A stretch of 64,000 nucleotides of DNA from Dehalococcoidia bacterium (GTDB taxonomy: Bacteria > Chloroflexota > Dehalococcoidia > Lucifugimonadales > CAYTFF01), in contig OZ252215.1 in NCBI GenBank assembly GCA_965249025.1, positions 1,471,783 to 1,535,782 of the forward strand, read 5' to 3'. The position numbers were made by a program, and so were the translations under genes. Each line of letters starts with the position of its first letter. The first letter of the stretch is position 1. The notes beneath the pieces were generated by a model that worked only from the letters and a program-made list of their open reading frames with translations, made no database searches and was not told where the DNA came from. This document shows positions 39,674-48,626 of the stretch, piece after piece.

Positions 39674-39789
39674 AGATGCTTCGTCGGCGAGTGGCATTTT
39701 ACAGCTGCTGGATTTAACCGACTCCTCCTTCGGGGGACGGAGTCCCGCCTATGGCGGACAAAGTCCTCAGCATGACAACCCCAACCCCC
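39674..39789 (+). repeat. structured interspersed repeat, copy B (short variant)
   Basis: TAGATGCTTCGTCGGCGAGTGGCATTTT...AACCGACTCCTCCTTCGGGGGACGGAGTCCCGCCTATGGCGGACAAAGTCCTCAGCATGACAACCCCAACCCCC. Confidence 0.8.
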
Positions 39790-39863
39790 GCAGGTATCTC
39801 CATGGCAATGACAGGATGGGGAACTCCGTTCATGGGTTCGACACCGACAAACCGAGGACAGGT

Positions 39864-39896
39864 CCGCTCATGCTGAGCCTGTCGAAGTATAAGCGG
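39864..39896 (-). repeat. TTCGAC..GCTCAG hairpin repeat (inverted orientation)
   Basis: CCGCTCATGCTGAGCCTGTCGAAGTATAAGCGG is the reverse complement of the family seen at 52028-52058. Weaker copies lie at 30403-30425, 34374-34397, 39558-39586 and 51998-52022. Confidence 0.7.
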
Positions 39897-39995
39897 AGGG
39901 TTACCCTCTCCCAGAGAGACAGGGGATTTTCAGGCTCACCCCCTCTGTGACTCTCCCCTATCTATGGAGCAATCATGGGTAAACAGTTAAGTCCC

Positions 39996-40820
39996 CTAGA
40001 AGAGGTCGGTTTCGGTGGGGCCGCCGCCCCTCCCTGGACCGGCGCGCTGGAAGTGGTCTTTTCGGAGGACCTGTTCGGTTAGCTCCTGAGGGAAGGCGGT
40101 AAAAGGAGACGCCTGGGAGCGGTGCTGTTCGATAGCACGCATTCTGGTCTCGATATGGGCAGAGACATCGACGATGGTGGTGATCTCTTCGTCGGGCAGG
40201 CCCATGGTGTTGGGGTCTATGTCGACCATGTCGCTGTCCGGGTTGATCTCTTTCATGTATTCCATCCACTGCATCAGCATGCTCCGGGGAAAAGTGTGGT
40301 AATAGAGCCTGCTAGATGTCCAGGGCGGAACGGAATTAGGAGAGGAGAAGGAGGGGTCGCCTGCGGAGTGGAAGGCCTGAGTAGTCAACTCCGAAGCCCT
40401 GATGTGGTCGGGGTGTCCATAGCCGCCGTTCAGGTCCATGGTGATGACGACATGAGGGCGAAACGTCCGCATTATGTCAACGAGACGCTGGAGAACCTCC
40501 GGCTCAGGAGCATTGATGAAGGCGGCTGGGTTCTTGTTATCGTCGGTGCGAGCCATGCCCGAGTCGCGGTAGCCCAGGATGGCAAGGGATTGGACTCCAA
40601 GGACGTTCAGGGCGGCGCGAAGTTCGCCCTCTCGGACGGCGCCGAGGGTCTCGCGGGTGGCGTCGACGCCTGGGGCAATCTCACCCACCTCGCCTCGTGT
40701 AGCGCAGACGAGGGATATATCGACGCCCTGGCTGGCGTAGTGAGCAAGGGTACTGCCAGATCCGAAGGTCTCGTCGTCGGGATGGGCGAATACGGCTAGG
40801 AGGCGTTTGCTGGATGTCAT
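39996..40820 (-). CDS. PIG-L/LmbE-family N-acetylglucosaminyl deacetylase (MshB/Mca/BshB-like)
   Basis: LLAVFAHPDDETFGSG and GYGHPDHI are the zinc-site motifs. ATG 40820 (AGGAGA 9 nt upstream) is preferred over 40880. Confidence 0.8.
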   Translation of the reverse strand: MTSSKRLLAVFAHPDDETFGSGSTLAHYASQGVDISLVCATRGEVGEIAPGVDATRETLGAVREGELRAALNVLGVQSLAILGYRDSGMARTDDNKNPAAFINAPEPEVLQRLVDIMRTFRPHVVITMDLNGGYGHPDHIRASELTTQAFHSAGDPSFSSPNSVPPWTSSRLYYHTFPRSMLMQWMEYMKEINPDSDMVDIDPNTMGLPDEEITTIVDVSAHIETRMRAIEQHRSQASPFTAFPQELTEQVLRKDHFQRAGPGRGGGPTETDLF

Positions 40821-40911
40821 GTTGGGATGTCTCCTGGTTGAGGGTGTAGACATGTTACCGATGGTTGGCAACGGCGTCAATGGCTGTGGGATAGGATTAT
40901 GAGCTAGAGTA

Positions 40912-41535
40912 TCAGCTTACCAGGAAGGGGTTCCAGCGCTTTTCGTCGCCGATGGTGCTTTGAGGGCCGTGGCCTGGGAAGACCTGGGTATCGTCAGGGA
41001 GGACAACGAGTCTGGTCCTGATGTTATCAATGAGCAGGCGTCCGTCGCTTTTGGGGAAGTCGTAGCGGCCGATGCTGCCCTGGAAGAGGGTGTCGCCGGT
41101 GAAGAGAAATCCTGGGGTATAGAAGCAAAGGCTGCCTGGCGTGTGCCCGGCCGTGTCGATGACCTGTAGCTTGACATCGCCTATGCCCAACGTATCTCCG
41201 TGGCGGAGGTTGAAGTCGGGCCTTGGAGGCTGGCGGAAGTCGGGTATCATGGCCTGGCCCGGGCCTTCGGATTCCTCTAAAAGGTATTCGTCGTTCTGGT
41301 GGATGCCGTAGGACGCTCCTGTGGCCTCTTTGACGGCGGCGATGGCTCCGGTGTGGTCGAAGTGGCCGTGGGTGTTGACAATGTACCTGGCAGTGAGGCC
41401 AAGGGTATCCAACTCGGCAAGGATTCGATCGGCCTGGGCGCCGGGGTCGATGACGATGCACTCGCCGGCATCTTCTGAACCTACAATGTATGTATTCTCC
41501 TGAAGAGGCCCCACAACTATTACGCGAAGGATCAT
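40912..41535 (-). CDS. MBL-fold metallo-hydrolase (glyoxalase II-like)
   Basis: 207 aa. NTHGHFDHTG and GHTPGS are present, with a C-terminal GH. Confidence 0.85.
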   Translation of the reverse strand: MILRVIVVGPLQENTYIVGSEDAGECIVIDPGAQADRILAELDTLGLTARYIVNTHGHFDHTGAIAAVKEATGASYGIHQNDEYLLEESEGPGQAMIPDFRQPPRPDFNLRHGDTLGIGDVKLQVIDTAGHTPGSLCFYTPGFLFTGDTLFQGSIGRYDFPKSDGRLLIDNIRTRLVVLPDDTQVFPGHGPQSTIGDEKRWNPFLVS

Positions 41536-41728
41536 GCTCTGCTCCTGTTAGTTATCGACGACATTATAACTACTCTCGAGGCTCGTGGCGAATATGGGGG
41601 CGCCTAAAGAAGGATTGTCCGAGTCAAAGAGCTGTGATAGCTTATTGAACGGCGCTACACGGGAGAATAAGAATTTGCCAAGCTCTCCCAGTGCCGAGCA
41701 TCGTAGCGATGGGAATAGATGAATTGAA

Positions 41729-42283
41729 ATGAGACCACAGGCTATCGGAGGCAGGCGCAGGATGAGTGTAACGCTTTTTGTAATGGCAGGCCTAGTGTTG
41801 ATCCTTGGAATCTTGACGCTGGGCTTTCATGGATGGTCGGGGGTAAATAGCGGGCTTTCGCAGTCTTTCAAGATGCTGCAGGGCGTTGCGCCTCAGATCA
41901 TCCTGGGATTCATGGCGGCGGGGCTGATTCAGGTGGTTGTGCCGCCACAGGTCATCGCCCGGTTGATAGGAGAAGGCTCTGGCATACCAGGCGTATTGGT
42001 AGCGACGGTAGCTGGAGCGCTAACGCCTGCAGGGCCCTTCGTTTCTTTCCCGCTGGTGGTAGCGCTATATAAAAGCGGCGCAGGTGTGGGACCTCTGGTA
42101 GCGTATATTATCTCGTGGGGGATACTGCCCATCCACAGGATGTTGATCTGGGAGTTGCCGCTCTTGGGGCCGTCTTTTGCACTGCCTCGATACACCGTAA
42201 GCCTACTGCTGCCCATAGTGGCTGGAATCCTAGCGCCGTATGTGTTCGCCTTCTTCGGGCGAATGCTGCCCAATCTGAGGTAG
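41729..42283 (+). CDS. small permease-family membrane protein (DUF318/ArsP-like half-size)
   Basis: 184 aa and hydrophobic. GALTPAGPFVSFPLVVALYKSGAGVGPLVAYIISW resembles the predicted-permease family. Only half the usual length. Confidence 0.5.
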   Translation: MRPQAIGGRRRMSVTLFVMAGLVLILGILTLGFHGWSGVNSGLSQSFKMLQGVAPQIILGFMAAGLIQVVVPPQVIARLIGEGSGIPGVLVATVAGALTPAGPFVSFPLVVALYKSGAGVGPLVAYIISWGILPIHRMLIWELPLLGPSFALPRYTVSLLLPIVAGILAPYVFAFFGRMLPNLR

Positions 42284-42578
42284 CTCTGTGGACCACGCAC
42301 TGAAAAGCGTGGCATGGGGAATGCTGCCTCAGCAAGAAGGCGGCGACAGATTCCTCGTCGCCCCGATTTGTCGGGGCACCCCGGCCTTGCACAAAAAAGC
42401 AAAAATCTCAGGAAGGTGACGGAACCCTGGGTTTCCGTCCAGGGGTCTGGGGGTGTCCCCCAGATGCGAACCTGGGTGGAGAGGGTGGGATAATCGAGGT
42501 CTGTTGTTCCTAAAATTGGCAAACCAAGACTTCATGTGTAAAGCTAGGGCACCCATAAAGTATGAAAATGGAGTCGCC

Positions 42579-42695
42579 CAGATGCTTCGTCGGTGAAGGG
42601 ATGCTGGATGAGGAGGACTTCAACCGACTCCTCCTTCGGGGGACGGAGTCCCGCCCATGGCGGACAAAGTCCTCAGCATGACAACCCCCAACCTC
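42579..42695 (+). repeat. structured interspersed repeat, copy C (short variant)
   Basis: CAGATGCTTCGTCGGTGAAGGGATG...AACCGACTCCTCCTTCGGGGGACGGAGTCCCGCCCATGGCGGACAAAGTCCTCAGCATGACAACCCCCAACCTCC. The 5' flank GAAAATGGAGTCGCC (from 42564) is shared with copy D. Confidence 0.8.
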
Positions 42696-42854
42696 CACTG
42701 GCATTTTCGGGGCAATGACAGTAAATGGATATGGCTTTTTAGAAAGCGCTTTTGACTTTACACGATGGAGTTGTTACTTTTACGATTGTGTCAGTAAACC
42801 AATGTATTGAAAAGAGGTAGAAGGTTGACTTCCGATAAGTTGAAACAGGTGAAC

Positions 42855-44333
42855 ATGGATACGATCATGTCCCTCTGCAAGCGCAGGGGGTTCATATTTC
42901 AGAGCAGCGAGATCTATGGCGGGCTGGGGAGCACGTGGGACTACGGCCCCCTGGGCGTGGAGTTGAAGCGGAACGTGAAGGAGGCGTGGTGGAGGTCGAT
43001 GGTATGGGACAGGGACGATGTGGTGGGGCTGGACGCTGCGATACTGATGAACCCGCAGGTTTGGGTAGCCAGCGGCCACGCGGAGGGGTTCACGGACCCG
43101 CTGGTGGAGTGCAAGGCGTGTCAAAACCGCTTTAGGCCAGACAAGGTGATGGTACGTGAAGTGACCACCGAAGGCAAGGGCCACATTGGCTATGTGACCG
43201 GATATACTCAAGAAGAATTGCAAAAAAAGCGGAATGTTCTGTTGAAGGATATTCCACCTATGGATATTTTTGAAGTCTCACCTCCGAGGCCATTCCAGGA
43301 GTTCTTAAACGACACAAGCAAGATCCCTTGCCCTTTCTGTGAGGAAGTAGGTCAGTTTACAGAGCCACGGCAGTTCAACCTCATGTTCGAGACGCACGTT
43401 GGGCCTGTGGAGGACAGCGCCAGCCAGGTGTGGCTGCGGCCGGAGACGGCCCAGGGGATCTTCGTAAACTTCGAGAACGTGCAGACGACGACGCGGAAGA
43501 AACTGCCCTTCGGCATCGCCCAGATAGGCAAGGCCTTCCGAAACGAGATAACGGTGGGAAATTTCATCTTCCGCACTCGCGAGTTCGAGCAGATGGAGAT
43601 GGAGTTCTTCGTAAAGCCAGGGACGGACGACGAGTGGTACAAACGCTGGATAGAAGAGCGGTATCAGTGGTATCTGAGCCTGGGTATTCGCAAGGAGAAT
43701 CTGCGCATCCGTGAACACGACAAGGCGGAGCTGGCCCACTACGCCAAGGCGACGTCGGACATCGAGTACCGGTTTCCGTGGGGGTGGGACGAGCTAGAGG
43801 GGATCGCCAATCGCACGGACTTCGACTTGAGGGCCCACGCTGAACACAGCGGGAAGGACTTGAAATACTTCGACCAGGATGAGAACGGCCATTATTATCC
43901 CTACGTCATCGAGCCGTCGGGGGGCGTGGACAGGTCGGTGCTGGCCTTTCTGCTGGACGCCTACACAGAGGAGATGGCACCGACGGCAACGGAGGGCAAG
44001 GAGGACAAGCGGGTGGTGATGAGGCTGGACAGGTCGCTGGCGCCGGTGAAGGTGGCGGTGCTGCCGCTGAGTCGCAACGAGAGGCTGGTGCCCCTGGCGA
44101 GGAAGGTGTACGAACTGACCCGTGGCCACGGCTGGATGGTGCAGTACGACGACACCCAGAGCATCGGGCGTCGGTATCGCAGGCAGGACGAGGCCGGGGC
44201 ACCACTGTGCGTCACGGTGGATTTCGACTCGCTGGAGGACAAGGCGGTCACCATACGAGACCGGGACACGATGGCCCAGGACCGTGTGCCGATTGACGCG
44301 TTAGTAGAAGAATTGAGGGAGCGGCTGGGGTGA
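42855..44333 (+). CDS. glyQS: glycine--tRNA ligase (alpha2 type)
   Basis: [59 protein letters not shown] and the C-terminal anticodon-binding domain are present. ATG 42855 is preferred over the upstream ATG 42807. Confidence 0.9.
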   Translation: MDTIMSLCKRRGFIFQSSEIYGGLGSTWDYGPLGVELKRNVKEAWWRSMVWDRDDVVGLDAAILMNPQVWVASGHAEGFTDPLVECKACQNRFRPDKVMVREVTTEGKGHIGYVTGYTQEELQKKRNVLLKDIPPMDIFEVSPPRPFQEFLNDTSKIPCPFCEEVGQFTEPRQFNLMFETHVGPVEDSASQVWLRPETAQGIFVNFENVQTTTRKKLPFGIAQIGKAFRNEITVGNFIFRTREFEQMEMEFFVKPGTDDEWYKRWIEERYQWYLSLGIRKENLRIREHDKAELAHYAKATSDIEYRFPWGWDELEGIANRTDFDLRAHAEHSGKDLKYFDQDENGHYYPYVIEPSGGVDRSVLAFLLDAYTEEMAPTATEGKEDKRVVMRLDRSLAPVKVAVLPLSRNERLVPLARKVYELTRGHGWMVQYDDTQSIGRRYRRQDEAGAPLCVTVDFDSLEDKAVTIRDRDTMAQDRVPIDALVEELRERLG

Positions 44334-44647
44334 CGTTAGACTTTGGTCTGAAGCAAATCCAAGAGTCGGTAAGGCAACGAAAAGTTCTGTTCAGTAATCA
44401 CGTAAACAATGAGATGCTGGACGAAGATATATCACCCAAGGAAATACGAGAGGCGATTCTTAGTGGTACAATTATCGAGGACTATCCTAAGCACCGTCGG
44501 GGTTCTTGTTGCCTAATTTATGGCAGAACAAAGGAAGGACGCAATCTTCACGTAGTTGTAACGAAAGGTAAAGCTCCCTTAATAGTCATTACTGCATATG
44601 AACCAATGCTCCCGTATTGGACATCACCAACAAAAAGAGGCCGATGA
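44330..44647 (+). CDS. DUF4258-domain toxin-like protein
   Basis: 105 aa. The GTG start overlaps the glyQS TGA (GTGA). [20 protein letters not shown]...[23 protein letters not shown] is the DUF4258 pattern. GC is visibly lower than in glyQS. Confidence 0.75.
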   Translation: MTLDFGLKQIQESVRQRKVLFSNHVNNEMLDEDISPKEIREAILSGTIIEDYPKHRRGSCCLIYGRTKEGRNLHVVVTKGKAPLIVITAYEPMLPYWTSPTKRGR

Positions 44648-44865
44648 CAATGAAATGTGATCTATGTGGTGGAGAATACAAAGAGAAGAGGATTTCCCAA
44701 AGTTATAACCGCTTTAGCAAAACTGTGGTGGTAGAGAACATACCAGCTCTGGTATGTGACCGATGTGGAGATATCCTTTTATCAGAAGAAACTGTTGAGG
44801 CCATTCAAGACGCGCTGAAAAAGGAACCTCAGGGTTCTGTCCCCTTGTATCGGCTTGTTAGCTAA
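44644..44865 (+). CDS. YgiT-type zinc-finger (MqsA N-terminal-like) antitoxin-like protein
   Basis: CDLCGG...(x)...ALVCDRCGD forms a zinc ribbon. ATG 44644 makes an ATGA overlap with the toxin stop. ORF track start is 44617. Confidence 0.7.
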   Translation: MTMKCDLCGGEYKEKRISQSYNRFSKTVVVENIPALVCDRCGDILLSEETVEAIQDALKKEPQGSVPLYRLVS

Positions 44866-44900
44866 ACGGCGCCACGCTTCTCAGTTCTCACCATCCTGGA

Positions 44901-45035
44901 GCACCACTGTGTGTCACGGTGGACTTCGACTCGCTGGAGGACAAGGCAGTCACTATACGAGATCGGGACACGATGGTCCAGGACCGTATGCCGATTGACG
45001 CATTGGTGGAGGAGTTGGGGGAGCGGTTGGGGTAG
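44901..45035 (+). pseudogene. displaced duplicate of the glyQS 3' end (last 44 codons plus stop)
   Basis: The 135 bp align base-for-base with 44199-44333, with about 16 mismatches by eye and no gaps. It translates in frame to [45 protein letters not shown]. Confidence 0.85.
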
Positions 45036-45189
45036 TAAGGGGTTAGACCTCCTTTCTTGACCCATCTGAGTTAAAGAGAGCAAGTCAATATCACGCCTTT
45101 TGGCCTATCTTTTTATGCAAGGCCAGTCTAAACTGTCCAGCGTAATCTAGTGGCCGATCTAACCATGAAACGCTTGACTAGAGGCAGCA

Positions 45190-46458
45190 TTGACGTCTAT
45201 CTCCTATCGCTGGGTAATTGCGTCCCTGTCGTTTTTAGCGTTGTTCGCTTCTATGGGGACGAGAGCTTCCTTTGGAGCTTACGTTCTCTCGTGGGAGGAG
45301 AGCTTTGGGGCCAGCCGTGGCGAGGTAAGCTTCATCTCTTCTTTGAGCTTCATCGTTTTCGGCTTGGGTATGGTGGTGGGAGGCCAGCTGGCAGACCGAT
45401 TTGGCACGCGGAAAGTAGTAGTAACCAGCTTTGTTCTATCTGGCATCAGCTTGTTGGCCTCATCACTGGCAACTTCCCTCTGGCATATGATCATCCTCTA
45501 CGGCGTCATTGTTTCTCTGGGGTCCTCGGGCACCTCTCCTGTAACGTTGTCTCCTGGGGTGATGAAGTGGTTCAGCGATCGGCGAGGCCTGGCATTAGGA
45601 TTCAGCAACAGTGGTATAGCAGTCGGCCAGATGGCGCTGGTGCCGTTGAGCATATATCTAATCAGAGCATTCGACTGGCAAACCTCCCTTCAAATCTTCG
45701 GCTTGGCCTATCTAGCGCTACTAGCGCCTGTCTTCTGGTTCCTGTATCGCGACAACCTACCTGCTGCTAAATCGCCGGACGATGAAAAGAATGGTGTAAC
45801 GGTTGAACCCGTCCAGGAATCAGCGTCCAATAGCGCAACTCAGCTTGATGCCAGTCCAAAACCCAGAGAAAGTCTGGTAGCTGTCATGTGGCTTCTTGTA
45901 ACCTGGATGATTATAGCCCCGTATTTTGTCTGCGGTTTCACAGATATCGGACTATTCAACACACACTTCATTCCACTATCGGAAGGACGCGGATTCTCGT
46001 CCGAAATCATAGTTTTTGCCATTACCCTTAGCAGCATAGCCACTCTAGGAGGGGCAGTGGTCACGGGCTACCTAACGGACACCATGCGCCTGACAACCCT
46101 GCTGAGCCTGACGTATGCATTGCGGGGCGGTAGCCTGGTGCTGCTTTTGTTCGCGAATAGTCCTAGCCTGCTGCTGATCTTCGGCATGCTTCATGGGATA
46201 ACGACGGTGGCTACCATCGCTCCCACGACTACACTGTGCGCAAGGGTTTACGGATACCACAGAGTGGGCAGCGTTTTTGGGGTGATGTCACTGTTTCATC
46301 AGTTCGGGGCAGCCGCTGGCTCCTTTATTCCGGGTCTGCTCTTTGATCTGACGGCAAGCTACAATGTGGCCTTGATTCTGTCTGCCTCTATGTTAGCGAT
46401 GGGTTCGGTTATCACCTGGATGGTTGTGGAAGGGAGAAGGCATACCACCACACCATAA
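45190..46458 (+). CDS. MFS transporter
   Basis: 422 aa with a TTG start after GAGG. There are 12 predicted hydrophobic segments, and GGQLADRFGTRKV is the loop 2-3 motif. Confidence 0.8.
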   Translation: MTSISYRWVIASLSFLALFASMGTRASFGAYVLSWEESFGASRGEVSFISSLSFIVFGLGMVVGGQLADRFGTRKVVVTSFVLSGISLLASSLATSLWHMIILYGVIVSLGSSGTSPVTLSPGVMKWFSDRRGLALGFSNSGIAVGQMALVPLSIYLIRAFDWQTSLQIFGLAYLALLAPVFWFLYRDNLPAAKSPDDEKNGVTVEPVQESASNSATQLDASPKPRESLVAVMWLLVTWMIIAPYFVCGFTDIGLFNTHFIPLSEGRGFSSEIIVFAITLSSIATLGGAVVTGYLTDTMRLTTLLSLTYALRGGSLVLLLFANSPSLLLIFGMLHGITTVATIAPTTTLCARVYGYHRVGSVFGVMSLFHQFGAAAGSFIPGLLFDLTASYNVALILSASMLAMGSVITWMVVEGRRHTTTP

Positions 46459-46649
46459 GAGCTGTGGCACGAAGGGGGTTGGCCCAGGGTGAGTGGTGGT
46501 TGGGTAAACGGTACGATAGATTCCTCGTCTCTCTACAAGTCAGGGTTCTCGGAATGATAGGGCAAATGGGCTAGGGGTGAGCGGAATAGCACCCCCTCTC
46601 TGACTCTGGTCTGTTGGACACAGGGAACAGGGTTGTCTGAGGTACGGCC

Positions 46650-46775
46650 ATGTGGACAGAGACTGCCACCTTGGAAGAGTACAGGCTGATCGTGGATACC
46701 AACTTGACCAGTGTATTCCTCTTGACCCAGCGCGTAGGAAAAGAGATGCTAGCTCGGGGGTGGGGACGTTCCAAC
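46650..46775 (+). pseudogene. short-chain dehydrogenase/reductase fragment
   Basis: WTETATLEEYRLIVDTNLTSVFLLTQRVGKEMLARGWGR matches the mid-section of SDR enzymes (after NNAG, before the catalytic Ser). No Rossmann N-terminus or YxxxK follows. Repeats truncate it upstream. Confidence 0.55.
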
Positions 46776-46877
46776 AGACCCTTCCCCGTCTCCACCTCTC
46801 CTAGGATGGAGTATAGTATTGCCATCCGTGGTGGGCCTGTCGAGCCGCGCAGCCAGAAGAACCGCTAGGAACCACTA

Positions 46878-47081
46878 ATGTCTGACATGACCGACAAAGC
46901 AGCAGAAGAGAATCGCAGGGCGTGGAACTCATTCCGTCGCCAACTGGACAAGGGCAGGGTAAACATACGCCCAGATTCAGCAGCCGCCATCTTGGCAGGC
47001 AGGCGGTTCCTTTATCCCGAGAACTTGCCTGAATTAATGAATAAAGCTAATACTACCAGTGGCTATGGAGCAGCACATTAA
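46878..47081 (+). CDS. hypothetical 67-aa ORF, possibly another gene fragment
   Basis: The ORF track is the only support. The NRRAWNSF segment is reminiscent of methyltransferase N-termini. Confidence 0.2.
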   Translation: MSDMTDKAAEENRRAWNSFRRQLDKGRVNIRPDSAAAILAGRRFLYPENLPELMNKANTTSGYGAAH

Positions 47082-47093
47082 GCATCTCCAAGA

Positions 47094-48389
47094 ATGAGGC
47101 TCAAGCCCAGCGCCATATATCGCGGATGGCTGGTGATAGCCGCTGCTTTTCTATCCACCGCCTTTGTGGTCGGGGGCACTCAGTGGTCCTTTGGTGTCTT
47201 CGTTCAGCCTCTGGAAGCGGAGTTTGGTTGGACAAGAACCCAGATTAATGTTGCTCTTTCCTTATCCGCCATTTCCGGCCTCATTGCGCCCATAGCGGGC
47301 CGCATTATGGACCGCATCGGCGTGCGGCCCATAATGATGGCCTCCCTAAGTATGTTGGTGGCCTCGTTTCTGTTAAGACCCTTCATGACCGAGCTATGGC
47401 ACTGGTATGCCCTGAACGCCCTGATGTTTGCAGGCTTTGCGGGAGCAACTTCCCTGGTTGCAGGTAAGTTGGTGGCACTGTGGTTTCACAGGTCCACAGG
47501 CCGGGTACTCGGATTAACCTCTATCGGCAATAACTTCGGCGCCTTCACTATGCCGCTGCTGGCGGGATTGCTGGTTGGTGTAGCCAGTTGGGAGTGGACT
47601 TATACCGTCTTCGGGATTATCGGTGTTTCAGTATTGACAATAGTTTTCCTAGTAGTCAGAGACAGTCCCGAACACATAGCGAGAGCGCAGGCCAGGTCAT
47701 CGCATGTTGCAAATGAGCCTCCATGGGACAGGAGAGACTTTGACCGGCATGCAGGCGGGTTGAGAGGCCTTACGGTACAGCAGGCCCTCAGGTCACGCGA
47801 CTTCTATGCCCTTGCCCTGGGATTCCTGGCGGGCATGTTTACCTTCAGCACCGTAGTAACTCAACTCGTGCCTCACCTGGAAAACGAAGGGTTTTCTGCA
47901 GGGCGAGCCGTCCTAATTCTGAGCATGATTCCGATTTTCGGTATACTCGGCAAGCTGATTATCGGCTACCTGTCCGATAGGCTACCCGTCCGATACATTC
48001 TTGTCCTCTGTCTGGCTGTCCACTCTCTGTCGATGACAATACTCGTGATGTCGCCCGCATCGTCCTTGATCTGGCTCTTTGTTCCTGTGTATGGCTTATC
48101 TCAAGCTGGGATAGGCATGCTAGCGCCCCTGATGATCCAGAGGTCCTTCGGTCTCAAATCTTACGGGAGCATACTGGGCTTGATACACATGGTGCAGATG
48201 GCCGCCTTCCTGATAGGGCCAGTCATGGCCGGAGCGATATTCGACGCTACGGAAAGTTACAGGCCAACCTTTGTTGTATTGGGCGCAATATTCATGATAG
48301 GGGCGTTAGCGGTGACTCAGGTGCGGGCTCCAAGCGAGACGCCGCCAATGGGACAGGGAATTAGGTCACGTCCGCCGGATGAGGTGTGA
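47094..48389 (+). CDS. MFS transporter (oxalate/formate antiporter-like)
   Basis: 431 aa, polytopic, with GRIMDRIGVRP and a 12-TM layout. Confidence 0.8.
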   Translation: MRLKPSAIYRGWLVIAAAFLSTAFVVGGTQWSFGVFVQPLEAEFGWTRTQINVALSLSAISGLIAPIAGRIMDRIGVRPIMMASLSMLVASFLLRPFMTELWHWYALNALMFAGFAGATSLVAGKLVALWFHRSTGRVLGLTSIGNNFGAFTMPLLAGLLVGVASWEWTYTVFGIIGVSVLTIVFLVVRDSPEHIARAQARSSHVANEPPWDRRDFDRHAGGLRGLTVQQALRSRDFYALALGFLAGMFTFSTVVTQLVPHLENEGFSAGRAVLILSMIPIFGILGKLIIGYLSDRLPVRYILVLCLAVHSLSMTILVMSPASSLIWLFVPVYGLSQAGIGMLAPLMIQRSFGLKSYGSILGLIHMVQMAAFLIGPVMAGAIFDATESYRPTFVVLGAIFMIGALAVTQVRAPSETPPMGQGIRSRPPDEV

Positions 48390-48518
48390 TGGGAAAGACC
48401 CTTCAAAAAGAGGCTTTACCTGTAGGAGGCTAGAATTTCCTTTATGTTCAACCTGCTCACTTTATCTGACGTTCCCTAACATAGAGGCAGAGTGTGATTT
48501 GTACCCCGTGTCCAACAG

Positions 48519-48598
48519 CCCCTCCCCCATGAATGGGGCGAGAATAAGGGGCCTCCCCAGATTCTTCTACCAACGAGGTGGGGTTCTCGGGATCATAC
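48519..48598 (+). repeat. composite hairpin repeat (CCCCTCCCCC..GGGGCGAGAA plus AGATTCTTC..GGGTTCTCGG module)
   Basis: It parallels 48868-48959. Related AGATTCCTCGTC... pieces occur at 42348-42385 and 46519-46560. Confidence 0.65.
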
Positions 48599-48626
48599 AT
48601 GCCCTTGGCAGGGCACCGAAGTGGAT

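Noticed and set aside
40122-41503. ORFs 40122-40799(+), 39973-40269(-), 41027-41461(-) and others overlapping the PIG-L and MBL genes
   Set aside because: These are alternative-frame or antisense products of GC-rich genes. The PIG-L (AHPDDE) and MBL (HGHFDH) frames are unambiguous.
42430-42545. Possible tRNA (perhaps tRNA-Sec, given selB) on the minus strand; CCAGG-TTCGCAT-TCTGG resembles a T-arm
   Set aside because: The T-loop has C where the invariant A58 should be. No complementary 7-bp acceptor stem can be drawn at a tRNA-compatible distance, and no UCA anticodon loop is present. It more likely belongs to the hairpin repeat families.
45150-45770. 206-aa ORF overlapping the 5' half of the MFS transporter in another frame
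   Set aside because: The 45190-46458 frame gives 12 hydrophobic segments and the MFS loop motif. The 45150 frame is Arg/Gly/Trp-rich with no features.
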